Assembly: GCA_024137785.1 (NCBI GenBank)
Contig: JAHRHZ010000024.1
Span: 33,154,644 to 33,218,643 of the forward strand
DNA: 64,000 nt
Source of the DNA: Ginglymostoma cirratum
Lineage: Eukaryota
Direction: 5' to 3'
Position numbers and translations under genes: made by a program. Within the stretch, counting starts at the first letter, position 1, and the number at the start of each line of letters is the position of its first letter. The notes under the pieces are model-generated. The model did no database searches. It was given only the letters and a program-made list of their open reading frames with translations, and was not told where the DNA came from. This document shows positions 25,459 to 37,999 of this stretch, piece after piece.

Positions 25459-25797
25459 GGAGACATGGTAGCTGAGTGGTAATCCACTTGACTAGTAATC
25501 CAGACGCTCAGGATGTGCATTTTAATGGAAGTTGGCGGGATTTCAATTCCATTAAAGTCTTGAATTAATGACCACCAATAATCATTGTTATAAAAACATC
25601 TGATTCACAAAACTTTCAGAGATAGTAGGAAGGATCGAGGCCCAAAACGTCAGCTTTCCTGCTCCTCTGATGCTGCTTGGCCTGCTGTGTTCATCCAGCT
25701 CTACACCTTGTTATCTCTGATTCACAAAACTTACCCAGTTTTCCTCAAGTAAGGCTCCAGACATACAGCAGTGTGGCTGACTCATAACCACACTCTA
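25459..25797 (+). mobile_element. Decayed tRNA-headed SINE/LINE head, interrupted by a Penelope insert
   Basis: ggagacatggtagctgagtggtaat..gactagtaatccaga..aaaaacatctgattcac..ctccagacatacagcagtgtggctgactc. Confidence 0.7.
25616..25715. mobile_element. Penelope family A fold-back mini-insert
   Basis: Inverted tail tip agagatagtagga fused to forward arm aggatcgaggcccaaaacgtc; 17-bp TSD tctgattcacaaaactt at 25599-25615 and 25716-25732. Confidence 0.9.
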
Positions 25798-25936
25798 AGC
25801 AGTCAGGGGCAGGCATCCCATAAAAGAAAATGGGGGAAGATGTGGTTGCGAGGGCCTTTTGTCTGACTTCTGCTTGCAGCATACAGAGGGACAAACAGCA
25901 AGAAGGGCACTGAAAGAAATTCGCACTCAAGACTCA

Positions 25937-26597
25937 GCTATGCAGGTAGATACGATAGTGAAGAAGGCGTTTGGAATGCTTGCCTTTATTGGTCAGTGCA
26001 CTGAGTATAGGAGTTGAGAGGGCATATTGTGGCTGTACAGGACATTGGTTAGGCCACTTTTGAAATAATGTATGCAATTCTGGTCTTCCTGCTACAGGAA
26101 AGTTGTGAAACTTGAAAGGGTTCAGAAAGGATGTTACCAGGGTTGGATGGTTGCAGCAATAGGGAGAGGCTAAATAGACTGGGGTTAAATTTCCCTGAAG
26201 CATCGGAGGCTAAGGGGTGACCTTATAGAGGTTTATAAAATCATGAGGGGCACAGGTGGGATAAATAGACAAGGTCTTTTCCTCAGTGTGAGTGAGTCCA
26301 AAACTAGAGGGCATAGGTTTAAGGTGAGAGGGGAAAGATTTAAAAGAGACCGAAGGGGCAACTTTTTCACACAGAGGGTGGTGTGTGTATGGAATGAGCT
26401 GTCAAAGGAAATGGTGGAGGCTGGTACAATTACAACATTTAAAAAGGCATCTGAATGGGTATATGAATAGGAAGGGTTTAGAGGAAAATGGGCCAAATGC
26501 TGGCAAATGGGACTTGATTTATTTAGGATATCTGGTCAACATGGATGAGTTGGACCGAAGGGTCTGTTTCTATGCTGTACATCTCTATGACTCTATG
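25937..26597 (+). mobile_element. HER1-like CR1 LINE 3' end
   Basis: KTRGHRFKVRGERFKRDRRGNFFTQRVVCVWNEL; octamer tail ctctatgactctatg. Confidence 0.93.
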
Positions 26598-29500
26598 TTC
26601 CCCACCAACTAATTAGCGAAGGCCCCCACATTATCCGAATACCCAAGCAGCATTCTAGTCACACAGCAACCGCAGTGAACAGAACAGGAATACTAAGTTT
26701 AAAAAGATTGACCAGACATCTTTCAACTTTCAGTGTGTGGTTCTAACATGCCATTATGAACTTCCTCTTTTCAGACTGTAAGAGCGCACATGGATTCCCA
26801 CTAGTATGAATCAAAGCCTATTTGTTCAAGGTGAACTCATTAATAAAGTATGAAATATTTTGCGGCATATAAGTTAATTGTTCTCTTTTAGTTTTGGTGT
26901 TTGGTTGATAAAGCATGCAGTTCTGACTCGTGTTTCCAAGGCTAAATATTCAGACAATCCTAATATTCAGGAGCATTTCCAAATATTTCAGTTGACAACT
27001 CAGATTTCAAACAGAGAGACAAATTTCCACAAAGTTCATAATCTTTTAAGTCACTGTCGGGATTTTAAATAACTGGTGAGAGCTTTCCAACTGATTTATT
27101 ATATGTTCAAGGAAATTCAACAAAGAGAAAGCAGAAATCAGAGGAACATCTACACAGCAGTCTGACCAGTGGCAAGCAATTCTCAGCCAACTATTTTTGT
27201 TTCATTACAAGAGCTCATGTAAAAACACAGGAGTAGAAATATTTCAAAAATGCTTTCAAATGCAAAAAAAAGCTCAAGTAACAGGTGTTCCTACAGTGAT
27301 AGAAATGAGCTGTGATGTGAACTCACTTCCTAACTTTTCAGAGCTTTCATCTTGTATTTAGGACATTGTTACTTGTCACAAGCCATTCCCAATTTTCACT
27401 CCACGGTTCCAAAATGGGTGGAGTTGGGCATCCTTTCAGAGGGCCGTGCCACATTTGGTTCAGCCCAGCATCTGTAAATTTCCTACTGCGGTTTCACACG
27501 ATTAAAATAGAAAGAAAATTTCAGGAGTGCCAACTGACATGCAATTAAAATGGATGGTTCTTGTGCGGCTCCATTTCCCAGTGAAACCTTGTACATAAAA
27601 ACAGCAATTGTGAGATTTTTTTTTGGTAAACAGCTGGCGTGAAACGTTTTGATCTCAAATGGGGACTGCAGTGGTTAATGAGTCTGCATGGCATTTGATT
27701 CTGTTTTTTTAATGCAGTTGTTAAATAAGCAGGTTAATGACTGGGTTAAAATAGCACAGGCATGAATGCACCAACCAGAGTCTTAAAATTAGCACAGAGG
27801 AAATAAAAATCCCTTACAAACACATCTGGTATTTCGAAGAATGACAAACAGATTTCCATTTTTAAATCCAAATGCTACCATTGCTGAATGACACTTTGCC
27901 AAACTCGTTTTCTTGTATATCGTCATGTCCCTTTTTTTATTTTTCAGATCACTCATTCAGATAAAACTGTTCATCAAATTACCAGGATAATCAAACAAAA
28001 TTAACCTTTTCAAAATGAATACACTCAGAAGCCATGATGTGTGATGTAATATTCTGAATTCCCACCTATCCTTCACCTGAAAAATCCAGGAGGAGATTTC
28101 TGCTCTCAGAAAAAAACTACACAGGAGGATGCGCAAGACTTATTTGTCAGCTCGGTGTTAGATGATGATGATGAGTAGAAAGCTTAAGGAAGAGCATTAC
28201 TGCATCATCAAAAACTGCCAGTTTGGTGCAATCATAAACAGGTAATATTCAGAAGCATTGTAAAACAGGGCAATGCCAACATTCATATGACAGACTTTAT
28301 GTCATTAACTCTTGGATTTACATTTGAAGGACCACTTTCTCCTTTGTTATACAGGATTTGAAAAGGTTAATTTAAACATGAATACCAACATGGAAATTAA
28401 GGTAAATGACATTCATCTTTATCATAATCTGAGGTAACCATGCTAATGCTAGGGTGACTAATGCATGTTGCGAATGTTACCCTACATGCAAATGCAGCTT
28501 TAAAATCCTGAACAAATGTTGAAGCAAAATCAAAATTCTTCATGCATTTTCAGACTGCCAGATTCCATTACTGTCCCTGACTGTGATACAAATACAATTT
28601 GAGAGAAACACTGTACTAATAAAAGGTTATCATCAGTTCATCCCCTTAGACTCAGCCATTTTTATACATTGCCACAATTTAACAACACAATTATTTCCAT
28701 TTTCAGTGCTGCACTGCAAATGGGACCAAAGAATATGCAAACATTAAAACTACATTTCAGATCTATGGCACTCAGTGATTAACTTGTGCTGCTCTTTCCT
28801 CTTCAAATCAAAATGAAAATCAAATGCACAATGAACTAACAATGCACTGTATCAGTGGATTCCTGGTCGACATCTACCAGTAAAATGTCCATTTGAGTAT
28901 CATTATACAACTAAGCTCTTGGCCAACTTTCTCAGAAAATCACGCAGCTGGAGAGGCCACACTGTTCACCATTATTTGGGCTTTCTGGCATTCATACCAT
29001 TGTTGTCATGTTTAAAGCCCAAATGTACACCACTGCAGGCACTGCAAGTGTGCAACTGCCTGCCTCATTGTGATGCATAACCCATTAGGGCTGTCTTTTT
29101 CCTGCAGACCACTGCAGGAGGCCCAGCCACCAGGCCAAGGCCAGGCTAGATGCAAATAGCTAGGTGTTCCTGTTAACCTAGAACACAGCCCTTAACTGGG
29201 CTGCTGTTTGCATCCAGCCTGGCTTTGGTCTGGTGCCTTGGCCTCTTGCAGTGCATCCCGCTCTGACAGGTTGCCTGCCTCTCCTCTGTGCTGATAAGTA
29301 ACATAAGCCACACAAGCCACACAGAGAATGGCAGTTTCTAACTGAAGCCTGTGCACCAAAGCAATGCAACACACAGACACTGACAGATTCTGAAAAATGC
29401 ATGAAGTGAATGAGCACTCAGAAAGCAAGCAAAGAGCCAGAAGGTGCATCCTCTGCAGATGTATGAGATCTGTACATGTCCCTGCACACTTAGTGACCAG

Positions 29501-30444
29501 GCAGAAGTATGCAAATCATAAGTGTTCCTGAAGTACAATGTTGAAGGATTAGTGATGTGAGATCTGTGCTCCAGCAGGCATGATGAGGTGGTGAGACGGG
29601 TGATTTGCTGATGTCAACTCATGTGGGCAAAAAGTTGAGGAGGATGGTGGTAATGGAGCATGCAGGAGGGACATTGCTCTGAAAACATAGTTGGATGATA
29701 GCCACGAAATGAAATCGGTAAACTGCTGCCACCTCGTACCAGCTGGATTTAAAGGTCAGGAACGTGCGCTACCAGTTTCTCCTGAAAGGGAAGGAGAATT
29801 GAAAGAGTCATAAAATAGAGGCAAGTTGGGCTATTAATGTTTGCAAATGCAAGGAAATAAGATAGATGTCCCTCAGTACAGGATTCTGAAATCACCATTT
29901 AAAGCTCAAAGGGAAAATTGGAAAAATTTTTCTCAACATTGAGATTCTGAATTTTTTCATTCTTAGCCTATTTCTGCTTTTCTTGCCAATGTCCATACAG
30001 AACAGAGAGGGGAAGGCCTCATCTGATGTTTCAATCTGCACATTCGCATTTCTTTTTCTTTCCTTTGATGTTTTTATTAATACTGCATGCCACAGTTCAA
30101 AACAGCATGACAGTATGCATGGAGCTCACGGGTACTTATGTTTGAAATACTAGTTTCTAAACAAAAAATGGTAAGTTTGAGCCCCTGTCTCCGTTAGGGT
30201 TAAAGCAACAGGAAGGTCTGAATGGGGAGCTATAAAGAAGGGGAAAACATCCCACAGCAGAGCAAGGAATTAGCTAATTTAACAATAGCATGGCTGCAAA
30301 ACTGTAGCTTTAGGCAAATTACTGCAGTGAGTCACTGGAAGGCACAAAATTGGCATTTCACAAAATGAAATTCTTTTCTCAATTTTCTGCTCTCCCATTG
30401 CTGACTTGACCTGCGACTCACTCCATATTGTAGATATAACTGGG

Positions 30445-30915
30445 CAGGGACTGGACCAGGGAGGAAAGTCCAAGTCAAGGTAAGAAGAGATGAATTCTGT
30501 GAGGAAGGTGCAGACAGAAACAATGGATCTGCCCAGGCAGACCTGTTTGTGAATCTTAGGAAGGAGGCAGAAGCAAGCTTTGTGGTGCTGGGGGACTGTC
30601 AGCTTGGAGGTGGTGGAAGGAAGAGATCGCCAAATCAAATGGGGCTCGTGACCATGGTTGACACAATGGCCTGATGTTCTATCGTGATCCAAGTGGAGAT
30701 AGGAGGAGGTATCTGAGAGCTGGCGCTCAGCCTCTGCAATGTAGATGTCAGCCTGCCAGACCACAACAGCACCAGCCTTATTGGCAGGCTTAATAACAAA
30801 GTTAGGGTTGTATCTGAGAGCTCAGAATGCAGTCAGCTCCCAAGAGGATAGGTTGGAATGAATAAACGGAGGCAGGGAAATTGAGGTGACCAATGTCACA
30901 CTGACAGTTCTGAAT
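30445..30915 (-). mobile_element. Penelope reverse transcriptase N-terminal fragment
   Basis: VIKPANKAGAVVVW..YIAEAERQLSDTSSY..LLPKIHK..GRSIVS..TEFISSYLD. Confidence 0.88.
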
Positions 30916-31977
30916 GAACTGACTGTTCATCCTTTGCAAGTCCAGCTAACAGCCAATGGCGAGCCATCTGACTGAAGGAGGCATCACAAGGGAGCAGACA
31001 CATGCCCTCCTTCCAATTGTTCATGTTGGCACACTCTACTGGTGGGACAACGAAGAGTAGGTACAAAGTAACCCCTTGCTAGCCCAAGAATTTGGAGGTC
31101 CACAATAACTCCACTACACAGTCCAGTGCAGAAAAGTCAAGAGCAGGAGCATATCACAAGACTTTTTTGGTCTGTATCATAAATGTGGTGTCTTTCTACA
31201 TAAACCGCTGAAGCTCTTCAGAGGAATGTTTTTCAATCTACTCAAAGTGAAATGTTGTCAGGCTAGAATTCATAAAAACATGCAGGGGGACACTTGAGAG
31301 TGAGCAACAAAGTATTGATGCCAGTGTTGAGAGACGGAATTAATTGCAATAAATGTCATTTTCTGCACTGTTATAACAATGAAATATCTGATAACAGGCT
31401 GTCGACATAGTTAATAAATTACTACCTAAAAATCACAATGAATGGGTCTTCTAGAAAAGACAAACAGGAAACCATTTCTGCCCAAGCAATTATTCTTTGT
31501 CTCTAATGATCTACCCAGTGCTTTCGGTTCAAATGCCTGGCGTTTACCCCACATAACACCTCTGTTACAGTTTTAATGCATTTTCTTTTTCAGTTCCTCT
31601 GTGGAAAATTTTGTTACAAACGCAATTTACTACTTAACAATGAATACCATGTTCAATACACGAAGAAATAAAGATCTGAGGATAATCATGTTACACCACT
31701 CCTGGGAAGTACTGTGATGCTGTAATTGTAATTGAGCAGTGCCAAGTCCTTTTTTCCTCAATTGTCTTCACACAAGACTGGCCTTTTGAAGGAAAGTACA
31801 AAGATGTGAATTCCACTATAGTGATAGAACGATCAATACACTGAGGTCCAGACAATGCTGCTGGCGTTATTGTAAGAATCAGCATAATTAGAATGAAGAG
31901 GTGGGAGAAATTACTGACATATAGAAACAATATTGCTGGAGAAATTCAGCAGGTCTAGCAGCATTTATGGAGAGAAA

Positions 31978-32908
31978 ACCGATGTCCATTTCAAGCACAC
32001 TGACTCCCACAGCTACCTGGAATACACCTCCTCCCACCCACCATCCTGCAAAAATGCCATCCCCTATTCCCAATTCCTTCGCCTCCGCCACATCTGCTCC
32101 CAGGATGAGACATTCCACTCCCATACATCTCAAATGTCCTCATTCTTCAAGGACCGCAACAACCCCCCACAGTGGTCGAGAATGCCCTCGACCGTGTCTC
32201 CTGCATTTCCCGTAACACATCCCTCACGCCCCGTCCCCGCAATAATAACCAAAAAAGAATCCCCCTCGTCCTCACGTACCACCCCACCAACCTCCGGATC
32301 CAACGCATCATCCTCCGACACTTCCGCCATCTGCAATCAGACCCCACCACCAAAGACATTTTTCCCTCCCCACCCTTATCTGCCTTCCGGAGGGACCACT
32401 CCCTCCACGACTCCCTTGTCCGCTCCACACTCCCCTCCAGCCCCACCACACCCAGCACTTTTTCCTGCAACCGCAGGAAGTGCTACACCTGCCCCCACAC
32501 CTCCTCCCTCACCCCAATCCCAGGCTCCAAGAAGACTTTCCACATCAGGCAGATGTTCACCTGCACATCTGCCAATGTGGTATACTGCATCCGCTGTACC
32601 CATTGTGGCTTCCTCTACATCGGGGAAACCAAGCGGAGGCTTGGGGACCGCTTTGCAGAACACTTGCGCTCAGTTCGCAACAAACAACTGACCTCCCAGT
32701 CGCGAACCATTTCAACTCCCCCTCCCCTTCCTCAGACGACATGTCCATCCTGGGCCTCCTGCAATGCCACAGTGATGCTACCCGAAGGCTGCAGGAACAG
32801 CAAATCATATTCAGCCTGGGAACCCTGCAGCCCAATGCTATCAATGTGGATTTCACAAGCTTCAAAATCTCCCCTCCTCCAACCGCATCCCAAAACCAGC
32901 CCAGCTGA
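31978..32908 (+). pseudogene. Penelope ORF C-terminal part, two frameshifts (~32165 and ~32690)
   Basis: Three overlapping track ORFs (31933, 32172, 32480) join into one RT-thumb/GIY-YIG protein ending QNQPS*. Confidence 0.88.
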
Positions 32909-33192
32909 TCTCCACCTCCCTAACCTGTTTTTCCTCTCACCTATCCCCTCCTCCCACCTCAAGCCACACCCCCATCTCCTATCTACTAACATCATCCCGC
33001 CCCCTTGACCTGTCCGTCCTCCCTGGACTGACCTATCTCCTCCCTACCCCCCCTACCTACACTCACTTTTACTGGCTCCATCCCCGCCTCTTTGACCTGC
33101 CTGCCTCCTCTCCACCTATCCTCTCCTCTATCCATCTTCTATCCGCCTCCCCCTCTCTCCCTATTTATTTCAGAACCCTCTTCCCCTCCCCC

Positions 33193-33228
33193 ATTTCTGA
33201 TGAAGGGTCTAGGCCCGAAACGTCAAGT
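33193..33228 (+). ncRNA. Minimal type I hammerhead ribozyme motif
   Basis: AUUU-CUGAUGA-A-GGGU(CUAG)GCCC-GAAA-CGUC-AAGU; 4-bp stem I, predicted cleavage after 33224. Confidence 0.8.
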
Positions 33229-35525
33229 TTTCCTGCTCCTAAGATGCTGCTTGACCTGCTGTGTTCATCCAGCCCCACGCTTGTTATCTCTGACATTTCA
33301 AGTCCGGTGAATTTCAGTCCTTCTTGAGAACTGAATGCAAAGAAAATTAGTACCTAACCTCATTAACTCCCCAGGATTGTTGGTTTTTGTAGAGGGCAAT
33401 CAGAACCAGAATACACTGCAGCTTGGGAGCGGCTGCAGCAAAAAGCATTCATTGATGGTTTCAAAAAGAGAAAGGAGAGACATGGTAGTAGAGGCAGAGT
33501 GGGAGGAGACACCCTTAGACTATTAGTGGTGGTTTAAACTGGTTGAGCCATTGAGCCATTTGGCCTGTTTCTGTTCTGTAAAGTCCATAAGCTGCACTTG
33601 ACACAACAACATTCACAGTAGTCTGACAGAAGTAATAAGAAGGTTGAGCAGACGTTACATTTCTTTATCAAAAATGAGGAGTGAAGTGCATTATGCTGAT
33701 GAGATGGTACATGTCATCACAGTAAGTGATACGATGTCACATGATTATTCTCAGTCTCTTGCAGCCTTTTGGCAAGATTAAGATGCAGTTTTTAAATAAA
33801 GTTAACATCTTCTTTAACTCAGCAGATGGTAAATATTTTTCAGGAGCTCCACAAGATCAAAATTATTATCACATTAAGCATTTGAATCCCTGGATTTATG
33901 TTTGAGAGACATGATTTTGTTTGCTGCTCCAAAACTGATATTCTTAAACTTCTAAAATCCCTTTAATAACTGAGGGCTGTGAATGGAAGTAAACAGATTG
34001 GTAAAGTACTAAGCTAAAAGATGGTCACACTTCATACACCGTCTCCTCATACATGCAGCTTGGAAACAAATATCAGACAAGGGCAAATGAACATCAATGC
34101 TGAAACTGTCATGGAGTCAGATGACTGAAGATGCTTCAAACTGGCAGGTGGGGCCTAAAGCCAGGATTCTCATTCCCCATTACCATTTCTATCAATTTTC
34201 ATTGGTTGGGGATAACAGTGTAGATGTCAAACCACCCATCTTTGCTGCCTCCATTATGGGATTAAGATCTTTAAAGCCCCTGTAATTTTAGTGGAATCGG
34301 ACCTCTTCAGTAAAATGTGATTCATTTATATGTCTATCTGAAAGACATGGACAATGTCGCAGACTGCAGGGAGAGGTCTGCTCTCTCTTCCAGTGAATGC
34401 TTAGAGGAACGCTGTCTAACAGCAGCTTGGATTACACCTATAGTGGGGCCCTGAAGTGACACAGATACAAAGTAAAATGGGATATGCTCTTATACCTTCA
34501 GAATACAGTGTGCACGTTTCCAGTAAAAACAATAGAAATGAGATGATTTGGGAATTAATAATGCCCAAGAGAAAGTTCTGGGTCATTCACAAAAGGTGTT
34601 GGGACAGGCAGAAGGATACAGCAACTGTTAAGGGCTAAGCGGTGCGACAGAGTGTTAAAAAGTCAAATATCACTAGTGCACACATTGAAATTAACCTCGT
34701 ATCTGCAGGTAAAGCAACCTTTGATGAGGATCAACTGCAGGCTCAAAATAAAATCGTGAAACTTCGGTACAGAAGAGGAATGTACTAAACAAATCATTAA
34801 GAGTGCAGTGAATGAAAGCAGATAAGCATAACTTGCTCTTATCTGTACTCTAAATGAAATTTACTTCAGTTCAACTGGGCTGCTAAAATGGAACACAGTT
34901 ATGAATAAATGCAAAAAATTCTCTTTTTTTGTGCACCATGCTATCATTATTCCTTATCAGATTCATTTTATGCTACATATGACAAGCAAAAGCACAGCAG
35001 GAAGGGAAAACAAAAGCTGTAATTGATAACACAATAACTCGGTGCTTGCTTAACTTGAGCTCAATCCTCACTTCCCTGAAACCAACCCCAGCTCCAATCT
35101 CAGATGGCCTTCTCCAAGCCAAAACTGCAGCCATTCTGTTAAGGGCTATCAGCAGAAACACAATCACATATCACAACATAAGCATCTTCTTGATGCCAAA
35201 ACCCACACAACTGATTCTAAAATGAGTCTGACATGTTACTCTGTAGCAAACCAACAAGAATTCCTTGAACCCGATCTCTGAACATGCTCACACTACAAAC
35301 TCTTCAATTCCGTCTCCAAACTGTAATGATCAGTTTTGTCTGTAATTGAAACATAGTTTGGAGCATTCTATTTGCTTCATCTTTGTTCCACAGAGATTCA
35401 AATGCTTTGCAATTCAAACTATTTATATAAATATGTCCTTCTTTTATCCCCATTCTAATTGTTAATTGTTGTTGTTGTTGCAGTTTCATTAAGCTCATGC
35501 AAATAAAGCACCAAAAAATACAAAA

Positions 35526-35992
35526 CACCCCCTGCCACTCCCTGGGTGACATGTCCATCCTGGGCCTCCTTCAGTGTCACAATGATGCCACCCGCAAACT
35601 GGAAGAAAAGCACGTCATAATCCATCTCGGGAGCCTACCTCAATGGCCTAAACGTGGATTTTACCAGTTTCAAATTCTCCCCACCCCGGCCTCATACCAT
35701 GACCAACCCTCCCTCTCATCCCCACCTCCCTGACCTGACAAAACCTGTCTATCTTCTTTCCCACTGATCCGCCCCACCCTTCCCACTGACCAGTTCCCAC
35801 CACTCCCTACCTGCACTCACCTATCATCATCCCACCTACCTTCCCCAGCCCCAAACCTCTTCTCTATTTATTTTGGAGCTCCCCTCGCCCTCCCCCATTT
35901 CTGAAGAAGGGTCCTGACCCGAAACGTCAATTTTCATGCTCCTCTGATGCTGCCTGGCCTGCTGTGTTCCTCCAGCTCTATACTTTTGTTAC
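35526..35992 (+). mobile_element. Penelope 3' fragment (subfamily related to A)
   Basis: DMSILGLLQCHNDATRKLEEKHVIIHLGSL; C/T-rich UTR; hammerhead motif. Confidence 0.9.
35897..35932 (+). ncRNA. Minimal hammerhead ribozyme motif
   Basis: CUGAAGA-A-GGGU(CCUG)ACCC-GAAA-CGUC; U-A replaces the U-G pair of family A. Confidence 0.75.
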
Positions 35993-36059
35993 CACAAAAA
36001 TCTTGCTGTTGATCAGAAAAGTGTTTAAAGGAAATGCTGACCTGGCAAAAAATATATAA

Positions 36060-37086
36060 AACAGAATTACAACTAAAACTAGGAGGGGCAAGAAGCCATT
36101 TAACCTGTCAAGTTTGCACTGTCATTCATTGAGATCATCCTTCATTCCACTTTCCTGCATTATATGCACAACCCTTGAATTTCTTATTTATTAGAAATCT
36201 GACTACCCTGAATTTACTGAACACACAGCCTTTACAGCCCTCTGCAGGAAAGAATTCTGTAGATTCACAACCCTCAGAGAGAAAATCCTCCTCAAATTTG
36301 TATTGTTTGGTCAATACCTTACATTGAGACCATGTCCTCTGGTCCTAGACTCACACACAAAGGAAAACAATCTCTCAGTACCTACTGTGTCCAGCCGCTT
36401 AAAAATCTAATAGGCTCCAATAAAGTCACCTATCACTCTTCTAAACTCAAATGAATGTAGGGCCAACCGTTTCAACCTCTCAAGAAAACCTGGGATCAAC
36501 CTGGTGAAATTTCTCTGGGCTGGCTCCAATGCAAGCACATCTTCCCCTAGATAAGGGAACCAAAACTGTTCATGTTATTCTAGGTGTACAGTTTCAGCAA
36601 GACCTCCACACATTTATACAACATGTCCTTTGAAGTAAAGGCAAACATTCTATTTGTCTTCCCTATTACCTGCTGTACCTGGATATTAGGTTTTTGTGAT
36701 TTGTGCACAAGTACCCCCAAAACCCCTCTTTGCTGCAGCTTTCTGCAGTCTTTTTCCATTTAAACAGTATTGTTTAAATGTATACTTCCTGCCAAAATAC
36801 ATAGCCTCCCATTTTCCACATTATATTCCTTCTACCACTATCACTCACTGAACCTGTCTATGTCCTTCTGTAGACTGTCATCTTCACTACTTGTCTTCCG
36901 TCCATTTTTATTTACGAACCTGCCTGTAATAGATTGATTTGACTTACTGAAGTCATTAATATATATTTGTAATTAATTGTAGCCCGAGTGCTGATCCCTC
37001 TGGCATTTCACCATTCACAGTATGCCATCCTGTAAGCGGCCCTATATCACAACTCTGTCTTCTGTGACCTAGCCAATCCTCTATCC
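36060..37086 (-). mobile_element. CR1 3' portion, decayed
   Basis: Colinear with 8485-9639 (gataagggaaccaaaactgttca, aaggcaaacattctatttgtcttccctattacc). Confidence 0.85.
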
Positions 37087-37999
37087 TGTAAATCAAGAAA
37101 AATGAAAATAAAAGTGATTGAAATAAATTTTAATTACACAGACAATGCTGACAATGCATAAAATTTCAGTCATCACTGAAGAGATGCAGGCAGGCAAACA
37201 TTTCAAGTAGGATCAGTCTTGCAGTCAAACTGGCCCATTGTTCATTTCCAGTTTTCATTCCAAGTGAGAAAGAAAAACTTGTCGGCCCCTTGTGTCTGAA
37301 GATGCTGCCCATTGAAGTCTTAGTGTCGGTATTTAAGCATCAGGAGTCCAACAGTTCGATGAATTATTCTTTAAACTGAATTTTTCATTTTCATAAACCT
37401 GTTTGCCAAAATCATACGTAGGTGATTCAGTTTCTGCTTGAAAGCCAAAATTAAAACACCTTGCTCTCTTGCTACACACCATCGATTATTCCTACTTTTC
37501 TCAAATTCCCACCTCTAAAATTCCTCCAAACTGATCTTCATCCTAGCTTTGTTTTCGCCACAAATGTTGATGTCAATTTACATTCCCATTGATCCCCCTC
37601 AAAAAAACTCTGAAGTTCTTGCTGTACCTCTCATGAGCAAGATTTGAGGTACTGACCTGGCATGACTCAGCACATCCGTGTTGTAGTGATCAATCCCTCA
37701 ACTAACATATCACCTCGATAAACAATCCCATCATAAAAGTTAGTGAAATCAAGAAAATTTTAAAAATGTAATCAGCCCCAAAGGCTGAGGTGGTATCTAA
37801 GATTAAAGATTCACTCTGACACTAAAATCTCATAATAGATTCTGTGATACATATAAATTTGATCACTGATTTATTTTCAGTTTCCAAATAGACCTCTCTC
37901 TGCATAACGGCCACCGTGGTTGCGTTGCAAACTATAAGGTTTAAGCAACTCAAGAAATTCAGTCATGTTTTACTCACAAATGTACAGTTTTAAGTTCTG

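Larger units (their letters stand above)
31977..33290 (+). mobile_element. Young 5'-truncated Penelope-like element (family A): RT thumb, GIY-YIG endonuclease, C/T-rich 3' UTR and hammerhead-containing terminal repeat
   Basis: TDVHFKHTDSHSYLEYTSSHP..IPYSQFLR; CNRRKCYTC; NVVYCIRCTHCGFLYIGETKRRLGDRFAEH; EQQIIFSLGTLQPNAIN; CpG-rich; inserted in an older family B repeat. Confidence 0.95.

Noticed and set aside
31933-32691. 252-aa Pro/Ser/Thr-rich ORF as a novel protein
   Set aside because: It is a chimera: host repeat, a short true Penelope frame, then out-of-frame reading of C-rich Penelope sequence
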